DNA from: Myxococcota bacterium
GTDB lineage: Bacteria > Planctomycetota > UBA1135
DNA length: 64,000 nucleotides
Direction of reading: 5' to 3'
Assembly: GCA_047638975.1 (NCBI GenBank)
Contig: JBLINB010000002.1
Span: forward strand, 12,487 to 76,486
The position numbers were made by a program, and so were the translations under genes. Below the pieces are notes generated by a model, which had not been told where the DNA came from, made no database searches, and saw only the letters and a program-made list of their open reading frames with translations. Each line of letters starts with the position of its first letter. Position 1 is the first letter of the stretch. Of the stretch, positions 1 to 11,200 are shown one piece after another.

Positions 1-699
1 GCCGACTGCGGCAATATACTTGACATCACCGAAGCCTAAAGCTTCCTGCCCTAGAAGATAAGAAAAACCACGACCAATTCCAAGTAATAATATGAAGGAA
101 ATTGAAGAACTTAGGAAAGCGGAAATTAAAGCGCCGGAGATATTTGCTGTAATCTCGAGTCCAAAAATGCTGGAAATAGTCAAAGACGAGCTAAGATTAG
201 GCCAGAACTGAAATTGCGGAGCTATGACAGCCGCTAAGAACCCAAAACCTACCCCACCGATGGTTATCCCGTCAGGCAGGATGAAATGCTTCCAGTCTAT
301 TACGGCAGCGATCCAGAGGGCGGACACGGCGATAAATGCTAGTAAAAGGGGTATCGCTCCACCTCCTGCGGCGGAATCGGCAATCCATGAGTGCGCCACC
401 AAGTAGAAAAGACCTGCGCAGGCGACCTCGTGCCACAGATATCCGAAGCTAAACGGAGCATGGCAGTAGCGGCATTTACCACGCAATAACAAATATCCTA
501 AAACGGGGATATTGTCATACCATTTTAAAGTATGCTTGCATTGTGGGCAAAAGGAGCGTGCCGGACGAACAATACTCAACCCGTCTTCCGGAATCCGATA
601 AATAGCGGCTGATGCAAACGAGCCCGCCATCGCTCCGAGCACCAGAATAAAGGTGTTGTAGAGCCACGGCTCGGATTGAAGTACCTCTAGCCAAGACAT
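1..699 (-). CDS. pilD: Prepilin peptidase/N-methyltransferase (A24A family), runs off the window start
   Basis: Not in the ORF track; translated by hand from ATG at 699: MSWLEVLQSEPWLYNTFILVLGAMAGSFASAAIYRIP...RSFCPQCKHTLKWYDNIPV...GKCRYC...IDWKHFILPD...LGFGDVKYIAAVG. Two CxxC pairs and both catalytic Asp motifs are present. Confidence 0.92.
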   Translation of the reverse strand, partial: MSWLEVLQSEPWLYNTFILVLGAMAGSFASAAIYRIPEDGLSIVRPARSFCPQCKHTLKWYDNIPVLGYLLLRGKCRYCHAPFSFGYLWHEVACAGLFYLVAHSWIADSAAGGGAIPLLLAFIAVSALWIAAVIDWKHFILPDGITIGGVGFGFLAAVIAPQFQFWPNLSSSLTISSIFGLEITANISGALISAFLSSSISFILLLGIGRGFSYLLGQEALGFGDVKYIAAVG

Positions 700-748
700 A
701 TGCGTATTGTGCGCTATACATCTTAGCAATTACAGTAAATAATCAGAA

Positions 749-1552
749 TTAGTTATCTGCAAACAGCCGAAACTGACGCATGCTGGGCAATAGCTGGCGT
801 CCGCCAATACCCTCGATGCTCTTTGGCAATACCAAATACGCAGCACCTGAAAAGGTAGGTAAGGTGATTTCAATCGTCGATGAAGATTCGCTGTTACTTA
901 GTAATCGCATGTTACAAGCGACTGAACTCTGTTCGGTATTGGCGATAACTACTTCGGCTACTGACAAAGATCTTGGGTCAATCGCTCCATCGCAATGCAG
1001 TATTATTTCCCGTTTACCACTTACATCAATAGCGCTATGCGTTGAAACATTTACTACACGTAATGGCCGAGTGTCTGCTACGAAGGCTGACAAGACTTCG
1101 CTGTCATCGAGCCCAAGAAAAGACATCTTGAGCAAAGTGTCTTGGCGCAAGAACAAAGCGCTCTCTGAGCGAATTGCCGCAACCGCAGGCAAGCCACGTA
1201 ACAAAATGGTATATTTCGAATTAGGGACGAAAGTGGAATCGCTGAGTAGTGGCAAAGTAGGCAACTTGCCACTTATCTCTAAAGAATTTCCGATGATTAT
1301 AAAATCGTAACCCGTTACTCGATTGCCTCCCTCGCCTGTTATCGAGATCGCACTACGACGAATCGGGCGCTGTAACTTGTCAGAGAACTTAATCACAATG
1401 GGCTGGTTTATCGACAATTGAGAAAATTCTTCTACGGTGTAATTACTAACCTCAAGGTAGACTTGTGGCGTCTCTTTAGCGCATGCAAGCAAGCCTATAG
1501 ACAGCAAAAAGCCTCGCATCAATAATGATGAGAGGCTTAAAGTTTTGCTCAA
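749..1552 (-). CDS. Putative lipoprotein with Ig-like (Big_5-type) domains
   Basis: ORF 749..1564; start uncertain (TTG 1564, TTG 1552 or ATG 1519). Hydrophobic stretch ends in lipobox LLAC. 'NQPIVIKFSDKL' and 'FVPNSKYTILLRGLP' resemble the N-terminal domain of the neighbouring 1173-aa protein. Confidence 0.65.
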   Translation of the reverse strand: MSKTLSLSSLLMRGFLLSIGLLACAKETPQVYLEVSNYTVEEFSQLSINQPIVIKFSDKLQRPIRRSAISITGEGGNRVTGYDFIIIGNSLEISGKLPTLPLLSDSTFVPNSKYTILLRGLPAVAAIRSESALFLRQDTLLKMSFLGLDDSEVLSAFVADTRPLRVVNVSTHSAIDVSGKREIILHCDGAIDPRSLSVAEVVIANTEQSSVACNMRLLSNSESSSTIEITLPTFSGAAYLVLPKSIEGIGGRQLLPSMRQFRLFADN

Positions 1553-1557
1553 GGTTA

Positions 1558-4500
1558 TTACCAAGCGTATGGGATCTTGAGGTAGCCCAATGTCGGACGG
1601 CTAAGCGCGTTAAATCCGCCTTGATTTAAGGCATCGATATCGAAGGTGACTCGGTATCGGATAAAACGCTTACCATCTAGATTGTCTAAAGTCGTAGCAT
1701 TGACGCCAGTCCACTCCGTAAGGGTCGCAGTGTCTGGTTCGGTGCTGTCTGCTGAGATAGCATCCGCTCCTTGAAATTGAATGCGCACCGATGATGACGC
1801 TGGCAATTTGTCTTTAATTTCGCCGGATGAAATGCCGAAGAATTTATTGCGAATCGAGAACGCACCGCCGCCAACCATCTCTCCGTCGGAGACAAGCGTT
1901 GTGATGACTAAATCAGTGTTAGTGCTCAGCGTCGCGCTGATGATTTCGTAAGTGTTCGTTGACAACACGAAGTCACAACCAATAAGCAATTGCGGATTGA
2001 ACTTCCAGCTATCACCGAGAGTTGTGGTGGCTACTGTGACACTAAACCCGCCAGAACCAACCGTCGCAGAAGCGCCTGAGTATATGTCTGCAAGCACATC
2101 GACGAAATTGCCATTACCTTTTACGTGTCCAAAGGCATCGAGACCATCGAAATCCAAATCTCCGAAGTCGTAATTAGGGAATGGGCCTGTACCAGTAATT
2201 GGCTGACGTAATCCGGCAAGCCCTGTGTCGATCCAGACGGACTGCACTTGCGACTGTGGCGAGAAGAACGGCATCAAAGTAAATGGTGTCGGTAGTGAAT
2301 AAAGCGCAAGAATGTCATCTTGGCGAACGGATACAACCGGGTTATTCAAGTTTTCTAAAGTGATGTATTGCTTGAAAGCGGCCTCGACCGAACTGTGATA
2401 AGCAATGTCGGTAAGCGGGTTAGGCAGGTGAATTTGGATGACACCTGAAGCGCCAGCACCACCACGTCCTGTTTGGAAGCTACCGTTACCGTCGTAATTA
2501 TTAGGTGCATTAGCAGCAGCTAAAAAGTTTTCGGCCAGCTTAGAAGCTGCCCACCCACGTCGCCCACCTATTGCTTGCATGACGTAATTAGGAATCAAGT
2601 TGTCGAAGAACGTAGAAGGGGTGCCAGGGGTGCCAGCAGTGCCTACGTTGATCAAAGTTAGATTTAAGCCTGACGCTGAGCTAAGTATTAAATGGCCGCC
2701 AGAGCCGCCGCCAGAGCCCGATACCTGGGTTGTAGAACCATCAAGCCCGCCACTAGATGTGGAGTCGCCGCCTGTACCATTGCCACCATTCACTTTTAGA
2801 GATGCTGTAGGGCCCAAGATAATATGCCCAATAACGTGAATTTGGATTTGTCCACCACCACCACCGCCGCCAGCGCCACGGAAGTACCGCTGCGTTGTTC
2901 CCTGCGGGAATGCCAGGTCTGGGTAATGTGAGGTTAACGGAAGAGGCGCTCCTTGACCATCATCCATGTATCGCAAAACTGTTTGCAAGTCGCCTGAAGC
3001 ACCGCCACCTGAACCGGCGTGTGGCGCAAAAAGTTCACCGCTTACGGTAACTGGAACGACACCAGGTGTTCCATCCCAGAAGTAACGCTCACCATAGAAG
3101 TCATTTGATGTGCCAAATATTGGGTCTACAGCATTGAAAACGGAGGAGCCGCCGAAACCGCCATCAGGGCCATTTACTGGCGTGCCGTATAACGCGTTAT
3201 CATTTAAAGAAATTCCGGTTTGTGCTGGATCGAAGTTAACAGTGTCGACGGCCACTGGATCTTGACTTTGGTCTTGGTATCCGCGTACCGACTGAGTCGG
3301 TGGAAAATTCTCTGGGGCGCCACTGCCAATGGCTGAACCACGAAGCCCATTTTCAGCACCTACAAAATAGGCGTCTGGATCGATGGTTGAGTTAAAGATC
3401 GTGTGCCGGTCAATGCGCAAATCTGGTCCGGCATTGTCATGGCCGCTAGGCAGGCTACTTGATGGCCACTGGTCATAGAAAACAGCATCCGTTCGAGTGA
3501 GAGCAAAAGCTCCACCTCCACCACCACTCGCGACCAGATACTCGGTTCCGGTCAAAGTCGGACCGCCACCTACTGCAGCAGGGTTACGGTCTTGTTGGTA
3601 GCCGCCTTCGCCGCCACCGCCACCGCCTTGGGTAGTACCGAATGGACCACCACCGTTATCACCAAGGGGTGTCGTGAAGTCAATAACGGATGAAGCGTTG
3701 CCACCATTACCACCGCCACATACGCCCTGTCCGCCTACAACGACGATGTCGTGGCGATTAGACAAGCCGTCGGCTTCATTTGCGTTGAAACCGCTAGCGT
3801 CTACCTCTCCTTCGATACGCGCGTCTCCGGCGACATAGATTATCAGAGGGTTATCACCGAACGCACGTATTGAAGCACCTGCATCAATCGTAAAGTTATC
3901 GGTATACATCACGCCATCTACAACAGTAAAAATATTACCGAAGTCATCAGTATCGGTTTGAGTACCCGTAGTATTAAACTCTAGATGACTACTGCTAAGA
4001 TGAAAATCAATTTTTCCACTGCCATTGTCGTCTGGGAAAACGAAACTAGCTGTTATTTGACCTTGCTCTATGTTTGCACTTGGCTGAGGCAGGTCGGCTT
4101 CGTAATCGAGGCCTGTTCCGACAGCGTAATCTTCAATAAATTGATCGTACGTTACTAAGTCTGGATCGACTGAAATATTGGTATAAACCTCCGCCAAAGT
4201 CTCGAGCACGATGACAGCAGAGTTATCTGCATTACTGTTTTTATCTCCACTTAAGTCTTCGAAATCTGAAGTGGTAACAGCTCGAACGCTGCGTCCTGGT
4301 AGTAGTACTCCGCTAACTTGAAACAATAGCTCGGCTGTTTCGCCACAGTTGTTAACAACCACCCAATTGCCAGGCACTATTTGCGGCACTAACGGGAATG
4401 AGCCTAATGCATCTGAATACTCTACGTAAATACGATCTTTTGTAAAGTTGTCTGGAGATGGGCTGATTCCTTGATCAAAGTGTACAGAAAAAGATGCGCC

Positions 4501-5079
4501 GCCCATAGAGAGCAAGCCTAATCCAGATTCTCCAGTTATACCCGTCATTTGTGGCGGAGTAAACAGAGGGTCGTAAAAATAAGTGTCACCAACTGATGGG
4601 GTCACGAAGCGGCGTGTTAAGCCTACCGACAGTGGATGACCAGCAATATCGCGCACCACGGTATATCCGCCAGAGCTTTCGGTTGGCAACAACAACTCGT
4701 AACCAATATTACCTGGCACAAAGCCGCCATTATCAAAAGCGAGATTACTTGGGCAGGACGGAGTAAAACGAATTGCGTGATCTGCCCTTCCCTGCACATC
4801 ATGAATTAATTCAAATGTGCCTGTAACCGGTATGCCTAGATTCGCTGTATCCGTCGCACGGAATATAACCGAGCTTGTGCTTACAGAATTAAAGTCGATT
4901 GCATTATCGAAGTAAATGTCAATTGGGCGGTTAAGCAGCCAAGTATCACCGTTTACCACAGTCGTGTCAAGGACTGCAAAAGTTGGTGATATGCTGGAAG
5001 CACTGTCTGTTTTACAGCCAGGCAGAGCTACAGCAAGAGCTGTTATTAATAGGGCCGTGAATTGGGAATTGATTTTCAT
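1558..5079 (-). CDS. Giant putative surface lipoprotein (1173 aa): Ig-like N-terminus, glycine-rich central domain, conserved C-terminal module
   Basis: Long ORF with signal peptide and lipobox ALPGC; 'RPIDIYFDNAIDFNSV' Ig-like motif; many GGxGG/GGGGG runs; C-terminal RFIRYRVTF...PTLGYLKIPYAW. Confidence 0.75.
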   Translation of the reverse strand: MKINSQFTALLITALAVALPGCKTDSASSISPTFAVLDTTVVNGDTWLLNRPIDIYFDNAIDFNSVSTSSVIFRATDTANLGIPVTGTFELIHDVQGRADHAIRFTPSCPSNLAFDNGGFVPGNIGYELLLPTESSGGYTVVRDIAGHPLSVGLTRRFVTPSVGDTYFYDPLFTPPQMTGITGESGLGLLSMGGASFSVHFDQGISPSPDNFTKDRIYVEYSDALGSFPLVPQIVPGNWVVVNNCGETAELLFQVSGVLLPGRSVRAVTTSDFEDLSGDKNSNADNSAVIVLETLAEVYTNISVDPDLVTYDQFIEDYAVGTGLDYEADLPQPSANIEQGQITASFVFPDDNGSGKIDFHLSSSHLEFNTTGTQTDTDDFGNIFTVVDGVMYTDNFTIDAGASIRAFGDNPLIIYVAGDARIEGEVDASGFNANEADGLSNRHDIVVVGGQGVCGGGNGGNASSVIDFTTPLGDNGGGPFGTTQGGGGGGEGGYQQDRNPAAVGGGPTLTGTEYLVASGGGGGAFALTRTDAVFYDQWPSSSLPSGHDNAGPDLRIDRHTIFNSTIDPDAYFVGAENGLRGSAIGSGAPENFPPTQSVRGYQDQSQDPVAVDTVNFDPAQTGISLNDNALYGTPVNGPDGGFGGSSVFNAVDPIFGTSNDFYGERYFWDGTPGVVPVTVSGELFAPHAGSGGGASGDLQTVLRYMDDGQGAPLPLTSHYPDLAFPQGTTQRYFRGAGGGGGGGQIQIHVIGHIILGPTASLKVNGGNGTGGDSTSSGGLDGSTTQVSGSGGGSGGHLILSSASGLNLTLINVGTAGTPGTPSTFFDNLIPNYVMQAIGGRRGWAASKLAENFLAAANAPNNYDGNGSFQTGRGGAGASGVIQIHLPNPLTDIAYHSSVEAAFKQYITLENLNNPVVSVRQDDILALYSLPTPFTLMPFFSPQSQVQSVWIDTGLAGLRQPITGTGPFPNYDFGDLDFDGLDAFGHVKGNGNFVDVLADIYSGASATVGSGGFSVTVATTTLGDSWKFNPQLLIGCDFVLSTNTYEIISATLSTNTDLVITTLVSDGEMVGGGAFSIRNKFFGISSGEIKDKLPASSSVRIQFQGADAISADSTEPDTATLTEWTGVNATTLDNLDGKRFIRYRVTFDIDALNQGGFNALSRPTLGYLKIPYAW

Positions 5080-5095
5080 CTTAATCAGTTACTAA

Positions 5096-8000
5096 TTAAT
5101 TGGTAGTGTAAGCGAAACCGAAGGCGTCCATTTCTGCCTCGAGTTCAAGTTGCGTATTTGCAATGAAGGTAAAGCGCAACTGGAAGAATGGGTAATTGAA
5201 TGACGTCAAAGCCGAAGGGTCTGACTCCCATTCTGTAGGTACAGCGATCTGAGCACATCCATCGTACTCGCCATAGGCATCGAAAGAATTAGATGCATCC
5301 TCAAGCGGGGTTGTTTGCAGGGTGCAATTAGTAATATTAATGCTTGGGGTAGCACGAAATTGAACCTCCACTGCTGTTCCGGGTGCTGACTGCACAGGTG
5401 TCGGTTCGAGCGTTAAAGCTGAGAACCAATCTATTGCGCCGCCGGCATTGAACCAGTGAGTGTAAACTCGACTTACCTTAGTAACGAAATCGACCTGGCC
5501 CCAATACAACTCTGGGCCAAATGCTTTTACTCCGTTACGCGAAGTTGGAGCAGTGCCTGCTCCGTCGAGGTCGGGGACCACGAATTCCCAGGTTGAGCCA
5601 CTCAGGCCGCCCCAAGAAAACACACGAAATGCTGGGATAGAGGAAGAACCGACCATAATCTGCACTTGTGAGCCATTGTAAGGGAACTCGGCACCCACTA
5701 CGTAACAGCGGAAACGCATAAGCAATGGCAAGCCGATTGTTGGGATATAACCTTTTTGATAGGTTAAATCTTCATTGACTACGCGTGGTGGGCAACCCCA
5801 TCCACCAGAAGTGCCTCCATTAATATTACCACCCAGCAACGTGCTGCCGTTAGGCAACGGGAACGAAGTATCGCGGTAAGTAAAGGTGTCGCTAAAGTCT
5901 GGCCATGGATACATTGCTACTCCGCCGCCTGCAGCGAAAACGTTACTTTGCGAAATGGAGTATTGAGGCACATCGAAGACGATCTCTTCATCGAGATCAG
6001 CATATTCGATTGGATCTTGACCGAAGCCATAGATATTGTCGTCAAACGGATTACTCGATAGACGTTTTAGGCCAGAGTTCTCGTACTCGGGATAACCACT
6101 TGCAGGGTTAATCCAATCGTCAGGTAGACGTGCTGAGTGAGCAAGCGCGATGGAGTAGCGCTCGAATGTCGTATCGAAGACAATGCCCTGGAATGGCGAC
6201 CAACTCATGCCCTCGACATCGAGGTTGTACTCTTGGTTGTTACTTAAGCCGAAGCCCAGGTGGTGGTAGCCGTAAACGGTATGCAACACAGCACCTGCCG
6301 GCACCAATGGTGTAGCAATACCAGCCGTAAATGCGATACGCTGACCGACATAAGTATTGGTCTTATCAGCCTGGCGCGAGAATCTATCGACCGCGCGGCC
6401 ACGTAACACTCCGTCACCAGCATAGGCGCCTAATTGGCCAGCATATTCAGGGTTCTGGTCGTTGTCTTCATCAAAGCCATTACCGCGTAAAGCAAAGTAC
6501 TTTATATCAGCAGCGATACCGCTAACAGTAAAAGGCTGGGTTACAATATTCTGAGATGAGTGGCCCGCTACGAATCCGGAGAAACCTACTGGATTACCTG
6601 CAAGATCTAGAATGCCTGTACTGCCATCTCGCACTGCCACAGATAGTTGGGCAGTCGCACCTTCACCAAAAGCATCGGTGATACCGGCTAGTGGAGCTAA
6701 TGTAAATGTCCGCGCATCACCCGACGGTTGGATAGGCCCGAAAATGATTCGACCTGAACCACCACCTACACCAAAACCTGGTAAGCGGTCAATATAGTCG
6801 GAAACGCTTTCTGACGATAATGCCCATTCTGCATCAAAGTCTCCGGGAGCCGCTGCCATATTCGCAGTGGCAAGCACCATCGAGTCTAGTGAGCGAACCG
6901 TTTTTACGTCCATGGCTTCGCTGAATGTCACGCTGACCGTTGCGTTTGGATCAACGCCTGTGGCCGGCAGTGTTTGCGGAGCCGGAGTGAAGCTTAAGAA
7001 GCATAGCTGATAATCAGAATCTTCGCTAACGTAAGACGTTGTGAGAACCGCCTCGAGGTTAGTAACACTTGCGTTAAGAACCCCTGAAATTAAGGCACCA
7101 CGCACTTCATATGCTGCCGAGTCGCTAGAGTCGACTACCGCGGTAATCTGTACGAAAGAATTTGCAGGTTGTCCGCTAACATCAATTTCGAAGACATCTC
7201 CGACCTTGGGAGAGACACCACGACAAGCTAAAGCATCATTAGAGTAAGTAAGGATTCGCTGAGTAGCACCAAGAGAAACCACCGAAGACATCGTTACTGC
7301 TTGCGCAGAGATAAGTTTGGGCGCGATAATGTCTTCTAGAAAGCCATTAAACAAATCGTTGCTATTGCCAGAGCGTATCGCGCGAATGGCTACGGGATCG
7401 AAACCAATAAATTCATGCGGCTCGATGATGGTGTCTTGAGCACTATTAAGATATAGACTAAAATTATAAGTGTTAGATTTGTTCATCAAGACCATAGTCT
7501 GATTAGCAAAAATATTTACAACAGATGGTATATAAATCTTTAAGTTTGGAGTCACTGAATCTACCGATTCAGGTAAGCCAATGCCATTTACGGTTAAACC
7601 AGATGAGGAATTCGCAGAGTCTAGTTCGGAAACAGTCGGGTCGAGAATGATCACTCCGACAGGGTTTCCGGATGAGTCGAACTCGTCTTTGACAATATAC
7701 TTTACCTCTAAGTTGTCGAAACCATCGGCTGACGAACCAGCTAACAGGCGCACCGTTTGACGGTTTACTGTTTCAGGAGCTACGTGTTCAGAAAACTCGA
7801 GGCGAATAGCTGCGTTACGCGGGACTTTAACGAACGGCCCTGCAGAGCTGGTACCGAGTTCTCTTAATGTAGGCAAGCCAGCTATAGCCGCTTGGTATGC
7901 ATCGTCGAATGCGTTAGAGCCAGGCACGTTTTGAGAATGCGTAATCGTTAAGATTTCTTTCTGAGAAATCGGGTTTAACGCAAACGAGTAATCGGCACCA

Positions 8001-8233
8001 TCTGCGACGACATCTTCACGGATGACTACATCTATTTCATAGATATTCCCATCGAGATCAAAGACATCTACCAGGCGTCCCCATTTAGAGTCTTGCAGCT
8101 TTAAAGGTGTATTACCAAAGCTACTACTACCCGCTGATGACGAATCGTCGAAAGTGGGTGGGCCACATGCCACCACCGTCAACGAAATGATCGCAGTCAA
8201 GAAAATGAAGAACAGTGCTTTATTTATTTTCAC
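5096..8233 (-). CDS. Giant putative surface lipoprotein (1045 aa) with Ig-like domains; paralog of 8240..11461
   Basis: GTG start, lipobox VVAC; motifs WGRLVDV, RNAAIRLEFSE, VSVTFSEAMD, DEDNDQNPE are colinear with the upstream paralog. Confidence 0.78.
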   Translation of the reverse strand: MKINKALFFIFLTAIISLTVVACGPPTFDDSSSAGSSSFGNTPLKLQDSKWGRLVDVFDLDGNIYEIDVVIREDVVADGADYSFALNPISQKEILTITHSQNVPGSNAFDDAYQAAIAGLPTLRELGTSSAGPFVKVPRNAAIRLEFSEHVAPETVNRQTVRLLAGSSADGFDNLEVKYIVKDEFDSSGNPVGVIILDPTVSELDSANSSSGLTVNGIGLPESVDSVTPNLKIYIPSVVNIFANQTMVLMNKSNTYNFSLYLNSAQDTIIEPHEFIGFDPVAIRAIRSGNSNDLFNGFLEDIIAPKLISAQAVTMSSVVSLGATQRILTYSNDALACRGVSPKVGDVFEIDVSGQPANSFVQITAVVDSSDSAAYEVRGALISGVLNASVTNLEAVLTTSYVSEDSDYQLCFLSFTPAPQTLPATGVDPNATVSVTFSEAMDVKTVRSLDSMVLATANMAAAPGDFDAEWALSSESVSDYIDRLPGFGVGGGSGRIIFGPIQPSGDARTFTLAPLAGITDAFGEGATAQLSVAVRDGSTGILDLAGNPVGFSGFVAGHSSQNIVTQPFTVSGIAADIKYFALRGNGFDEDNDQNPEYAGQLGAYAGDGVLRGRAVDRFSRQADKTNTYVGQRIAFTAGIATPLVPAGAVLHTVYGYHHLGFGLSNNQEYNLDVEGMSWSPFQGIVFDTTFERYSIALAHSARLPDDWINPASGYPEYENSGLKRLSSNPFDDNIYGFGQDPIEYADLDEEIVFDVPQYSISQSNVFAAGGGVAMYPWPDFSDTFTYRDTSFPLPNGSTLLGGNINGGTSGGWGCPPRVVNEDLTYQKGYIPTIGLPLLMRFRCYVVGAEFPYNGSQVQIMVGSSSIPAFRVFSWGGLSGSTWEFVVPDLDGAGTAPTSRNGVKAFGPELYWGQVDFVTKVSRVYTHWFNAGGAIDWFSALTLEPTPVQSAPGTAVEVQFRATPSINITNCTLQTTPLEDASNSFDAYGEYDGCAQIAVPTEWESDPSALTSFNYPFFQLRFTFIANTQLELEAEMDAFGFAYTTN

Positions 8234-8239
8234 AATTAA

Positions 8240-11200
8240 TTAGTTTGTCCAGACGATTCCGAGGCCGTCAAGAGTTGGGCGGAGATCTAAATCTGCATTA
8301 GACATGAACGAGACTCTTACCTGAATGAAACTGTAACCCTGCCCTTCTAGCTCAGTGATATCCGTTGTCCAGGCTGACGGAGTAGCCACCGTACCGACGA
8401 GAGCCACAAAGTCGCCGTAATGATCAAACGCATTGCCACCGCTGCCAGTTACACCAAGCCTGACACTAGCGTCATTCAATGGCGTTTTATTCTCGAACGG
8501 ATTATTACCTGCTGCGACAGCCAACGACCCTCTGTACTCAATCTCAACTGAAGTGCCCGTTGGCTGATCTTCAGCAGCAGGCTCGATTAACACTCCGTTG
8601 ATCGTGCCTGTGTTCAATGGACCGCTGATATCAAACCAATGTGAATGCATGCGCGATACCTCGACGGAAAAATCTGCTGCAGCCCAATACACCAAGTCGT
8701 CTCCGACTTCAGCTGTTGGCAAACCGTTGCGATAGCCACCTATAGGTATGCCACCAGATTCGCCAGCCTGGTCAGGCTGAACGCGCTGCCACGTGCCTGT
8801 AGCATCTTGGCCACCAGCTGAGTAAATACGGAACATCGGTAATTTCGGTGTGGTCGCGGCGGGGTTCATCATCAATGTAGTTCTGAAAGCATTCAAGCTT
8901 AAAGCATCTACTTGCGGATAAGTACGGAAACGACACTGCAGAGGCAAAGCGACTGTCGGAATCGAACCTGGGGCATAGCGCTTAGCTATGGGATCCCATT
9001 GCCCAAGCATTGTGATGTAATTGTCTGTTGGGGCTCCGGCTGAGGCCCCTCTGCCACCATGGTAGGCCTGGTCAAAAGCAGTGTCACGCCAAACAAACTG
9101 GCTCGTGAAGTCTGGCCATGGCAAATATTCTATTCCATTAACTCGGTACTTGTCTATCGCGCGAACATAGTAAGCCGAACTAAACATATTTAATTCGTCA
9201 ATACCACTTTGCCCATTGGCAGTGAAGCCGAGGACATTGTCGTTAAACGATGAAGTCAACATGCCGGATTGTGGCCAAACCACGGTGACGGGGGGAGTGA
9301 CGAACATGTTATCTGGCATTGAAAACGAATGCGACAGAGCTAATGAAATTTCATTGTAGTTTTCATCGTATACCAGGCCATCTAGCGGAGACCAACTAAG
9401 CCCTTCTATTGAGTAGTTGAACTCGGTAACGTCTTCATAACCAAAGCCGAAATCTTCAGGGCGATACACGTTCATAACAACGGCGCCAGCGAAAATGAGC
9501 GGCTCGGAAGGAGCCGTGCCATCGGCGGCGCTGCCGTTGCCGCCAGCGTTAGCCAGTGCAAGCTGAGAGTTATCAGCAGCAACCGTAAAACGTGACGGAG
9601 GCCGCCCGGTATGCTTACCAGGGAAATCAGTAGCGTTCACTTGCCCCGCCCACTCTGCGTTGCCATCACCGTCTTCATCGACAGCGCCAAACAATAGCGA
9701 GAAGTATCGAGCGTTTTGCGGATTTTGATGCAAAATCGACAACTGGATATTCTGGCCATCGTTACCCGCAACAAAAGACGTCATTTTGATTTGGTTTCCG
9801 GACATATCTTTAATGCCATTCACCCCATCACGCAATGCCACAACATACTCGTCGAAGGCATCTGTAGTATCAAGATCTTGCCATCCAGAGACTGGAGTTA
9901 TGGAGAAAGTACGATTACTGTCTGAAGAAATCACCTGACCGAAGAGAATGCGTCCGCCGTATTCTGAGTCTGGAGATGCTGGACCAGCAGTGGTGACACG
10001 GTAGTCGTAACCGCGCTGGCGCTCGATAAAATCAGCTACCGATTCGGAAGCATCAACTTGGCGATACCAAGCAGCTTCCGTTTCTTTAATGTTTTGCGGA
10101 TCGGGGCTAAGCAAATCGTCGGGCTGTACAATAACAAAAGTACTCATTGAGAGCATCGTTGCAGGATCAATGGCCTCGTCAAAATGCACTAAGACCGTGG
10201 CATCATCAAGGATGCCGCCCACTGGCAGTGAAGCAACCGGATTAGGAATAATATCTAGGTAGCAAGCCTGTATATTACTATCCACTGCTGAGTACCGCGT
10301 CGACAATCGGCCGGCTACTACTGGGCTGTATTGCGAGCCGCTCGAGTAATCGGAATTTACGCAGCGCACGTTATAAAATGGGGCCACAGGGTCAATGATC
10401 GAAACTACTGTCCAGACATTATTCTTGCCCAGGTTATCGACAACCTCAAATACGTCACCAATTTTAGGAGCCAAGCCTTGACAATTCACTGCGTCTATCG
10501 AGTAGACAACATCGATGTTTGAACCACTAACCGCATGGCTAGTTATCGTTGAGTTTTTAATACCCAACAAACTTGGACGGATTGCATCGCGCATAAAACC
10601 CTTAAACGAATCTAGGTAGTTACCGGTACGAAGCGCAGCCAACAGCATGTAGTTCTCGAGCCCTGTTATCTGTACCGGCTCACTATCATTTTTGCGACTT
10701 GGACCAAAAGCGCCATCAACTGTTGAGAGAACGCTATAAACGCCATTCACCAAATCGATTCTAGTTGGTATATAAATCACCAAATTATAGTCATTTAAAT
10801 CAGAAGACTGCCCGAAGCCAATTACGTTCGCAGGCAATTGCTCTTCTGCTGCTTCTGACTGAGAGACCGTTGGGTCAACCAAGATACCACCTTTGTGGCT
10901 CGTGTTGGTTGAACTATTGTTTTTGACTACATAGCGCACTGGGAATTGAGCCAGGTCGTCTTTCGAAGAGCCATGAAACACCTGAACCGACGAAGAATCG
11001 ACACTACCAGGATCAATAGCTAAATTGAAATTAAGACGCACGGCTGCATTACGCGCTGACATATCGTAAGTCAGCTCGCCCAAGACATCGCGTCTTGAGA
11101 TTGTTTGTAAGTTGGTTTTTAAGTCAAGCAGGAGCGTAGAGAATTCGGCAGACGCTTCAGGGAATTGAATGAACAATGACTCTTTTTGCGTAACCGCATT

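Noticed and set aside
224-721. ORF-track entries 224..406 (+) and 515..721 (-)
   Set aside because: They overlap the prepilin peptidase frame (1..699, minus), which has clear family motifs.
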